64,000 nucleotides of DNA, taken from positions 248,001-312,000 of the forward strand of contig ML978122.1 in the NCBI GenBank assembly GCA_010015805.1, in the 5' to 3' direction. Positions 63,289-64,000 of this stretch are shown piece by piece; position 1 is the first letter of the stretch; each line of letters begins with the position of its first letter. This DNA is from Rhizodiscina lignyota. Lineage: Eukaryota. The position numbers and the translations under genes were made by a program. The notes beneath the pieces are model-generated. The model ran no database searches, was not told the origin of the DNA, and saw only the letters and a list, made by a program, of their open reading frames with translations.

Positions 63289-63407
63289 GATGTTACGAGG
63301 GCTCTCGACAAAGCAGCGCACTTTCCAAAGTTTTCCACAATGATTCCATGGAAGGCCTACCTTGGCTAGAAATAGGCCACCATATGGATCTCTGTGATGC
63401 AGATGAA

Positions 63408-63838
63408 AGATAAGAACTGTTTTGATATTTGAGAAGGAGCTGGTTTGCCGTCGCGCAAGCATGCTTGCGACGAAGCAACAACGACGCTATCAAACCCCCA
63501 CCGCAGCGGCGATCATTTTCGGACTACGTTCGCCGACCTACCTGGCTAAACCAGTCAAATGGCTCCGGCGACTCGTTCTGCCTGAACTTGACTTGGTGGT
63601 TGATGCTTCTTAAGACTCCGTCGTGAGTCGTGGACAGGCGCGTTATCCCGACGAGGGTTCCATGATTGGAATTGAAAAGAGGGCATTAAGACCACTGGCT
63701 TATTTATGGTGTTCAATGAGATATCGGAGCGACTTCGCAACTCCGGTATCAAGATCCTGTCGTACATGCATAGATTTATCAAGCAGAGGTGAGAAGGATA
63801 AAGTAAACGTGGACGAAGGACGAGAACCGCGCTGATAA
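63408..63838. promoter_or_regulatory. Cluster of HGATAR (AreA/NIT2-type) sites upstream of the Dal5-like permease
   Basis: AGATAA 63408, CTATCA 63487, TTATCA 63776 and TGATAA 63833; consistent with nitrogen-regulated permeases, but the motif is short. Confidence 0.35.
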
Positions 63839-64000
63839 CAATTAGACGACTGCGATTGCGGAAACAAATGACGTCTTACCTGGTTAGGGAGGTCCATGCG
63901 AGGCTTGCGGCATCCACGGTATTTGATTGCATGAGTTTGGGATGCTTTACTCCAGCAAAAGAGGGAATTGAAAAGCCGTAATCCGTCCTGATACATTTCA

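Overview
Gene-dense eukaryotic DNA from a filamentous ascomycete (Pezizomycotina; Dothideomycetes is only an impression). It has short GT-AG introns with CTRAC branch points and about 29 protein-coding genes, most fragmented in the ORF track by introns. Recognisable genes: multicopper oxidase (cut by the left edge), secreted acid phosphatase, GIY-YIG-like protein, Mtc4-like protein, GH36 Sip1-type alpha-galactosidase, mitochondrial TyrRS (CYT-18/MSY1), twin-CX9C protein, RTA1-like protein, alpha/beta hydrolase, Atg28-like protein, three MFS transporters, NAD(P)-dependent epimerase, amidase, class II DAHP synthase, two SnoaL/NTF2-fold proteins, SSN3/CDK8, MNN9, AhpC-like redoxin, glutathione-dependent formaldehyde dehydrogenase, JMJD7-like JmjC protein, a YgjR/IolU-like oxidoreductase, IRS4 and DNA ligase IV. 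I found no tRNA, rRNA or intact transposon by eye. Best leads: (1) the formaldehyde dehydrogenase stop is TGA-CTAG followed in frame by LDDRPRL-stop, suggesting a cryptic peroxisomal isoform made by readthrough. (2) A Dal5-like permease needs a non-canonical GA-AG intron; the nearest GT donor would shift it into a 354-codon overlapping frame. (3) A tail-anchored GIY-YIG nuclease-like protein. (4) A possible MFS/oxidoreductase/amidase plus DAHP-synthase/SnoaL metabolic neighbourhood. All family calls are from motif recognition, not database searches, and exon boundaries are manual.
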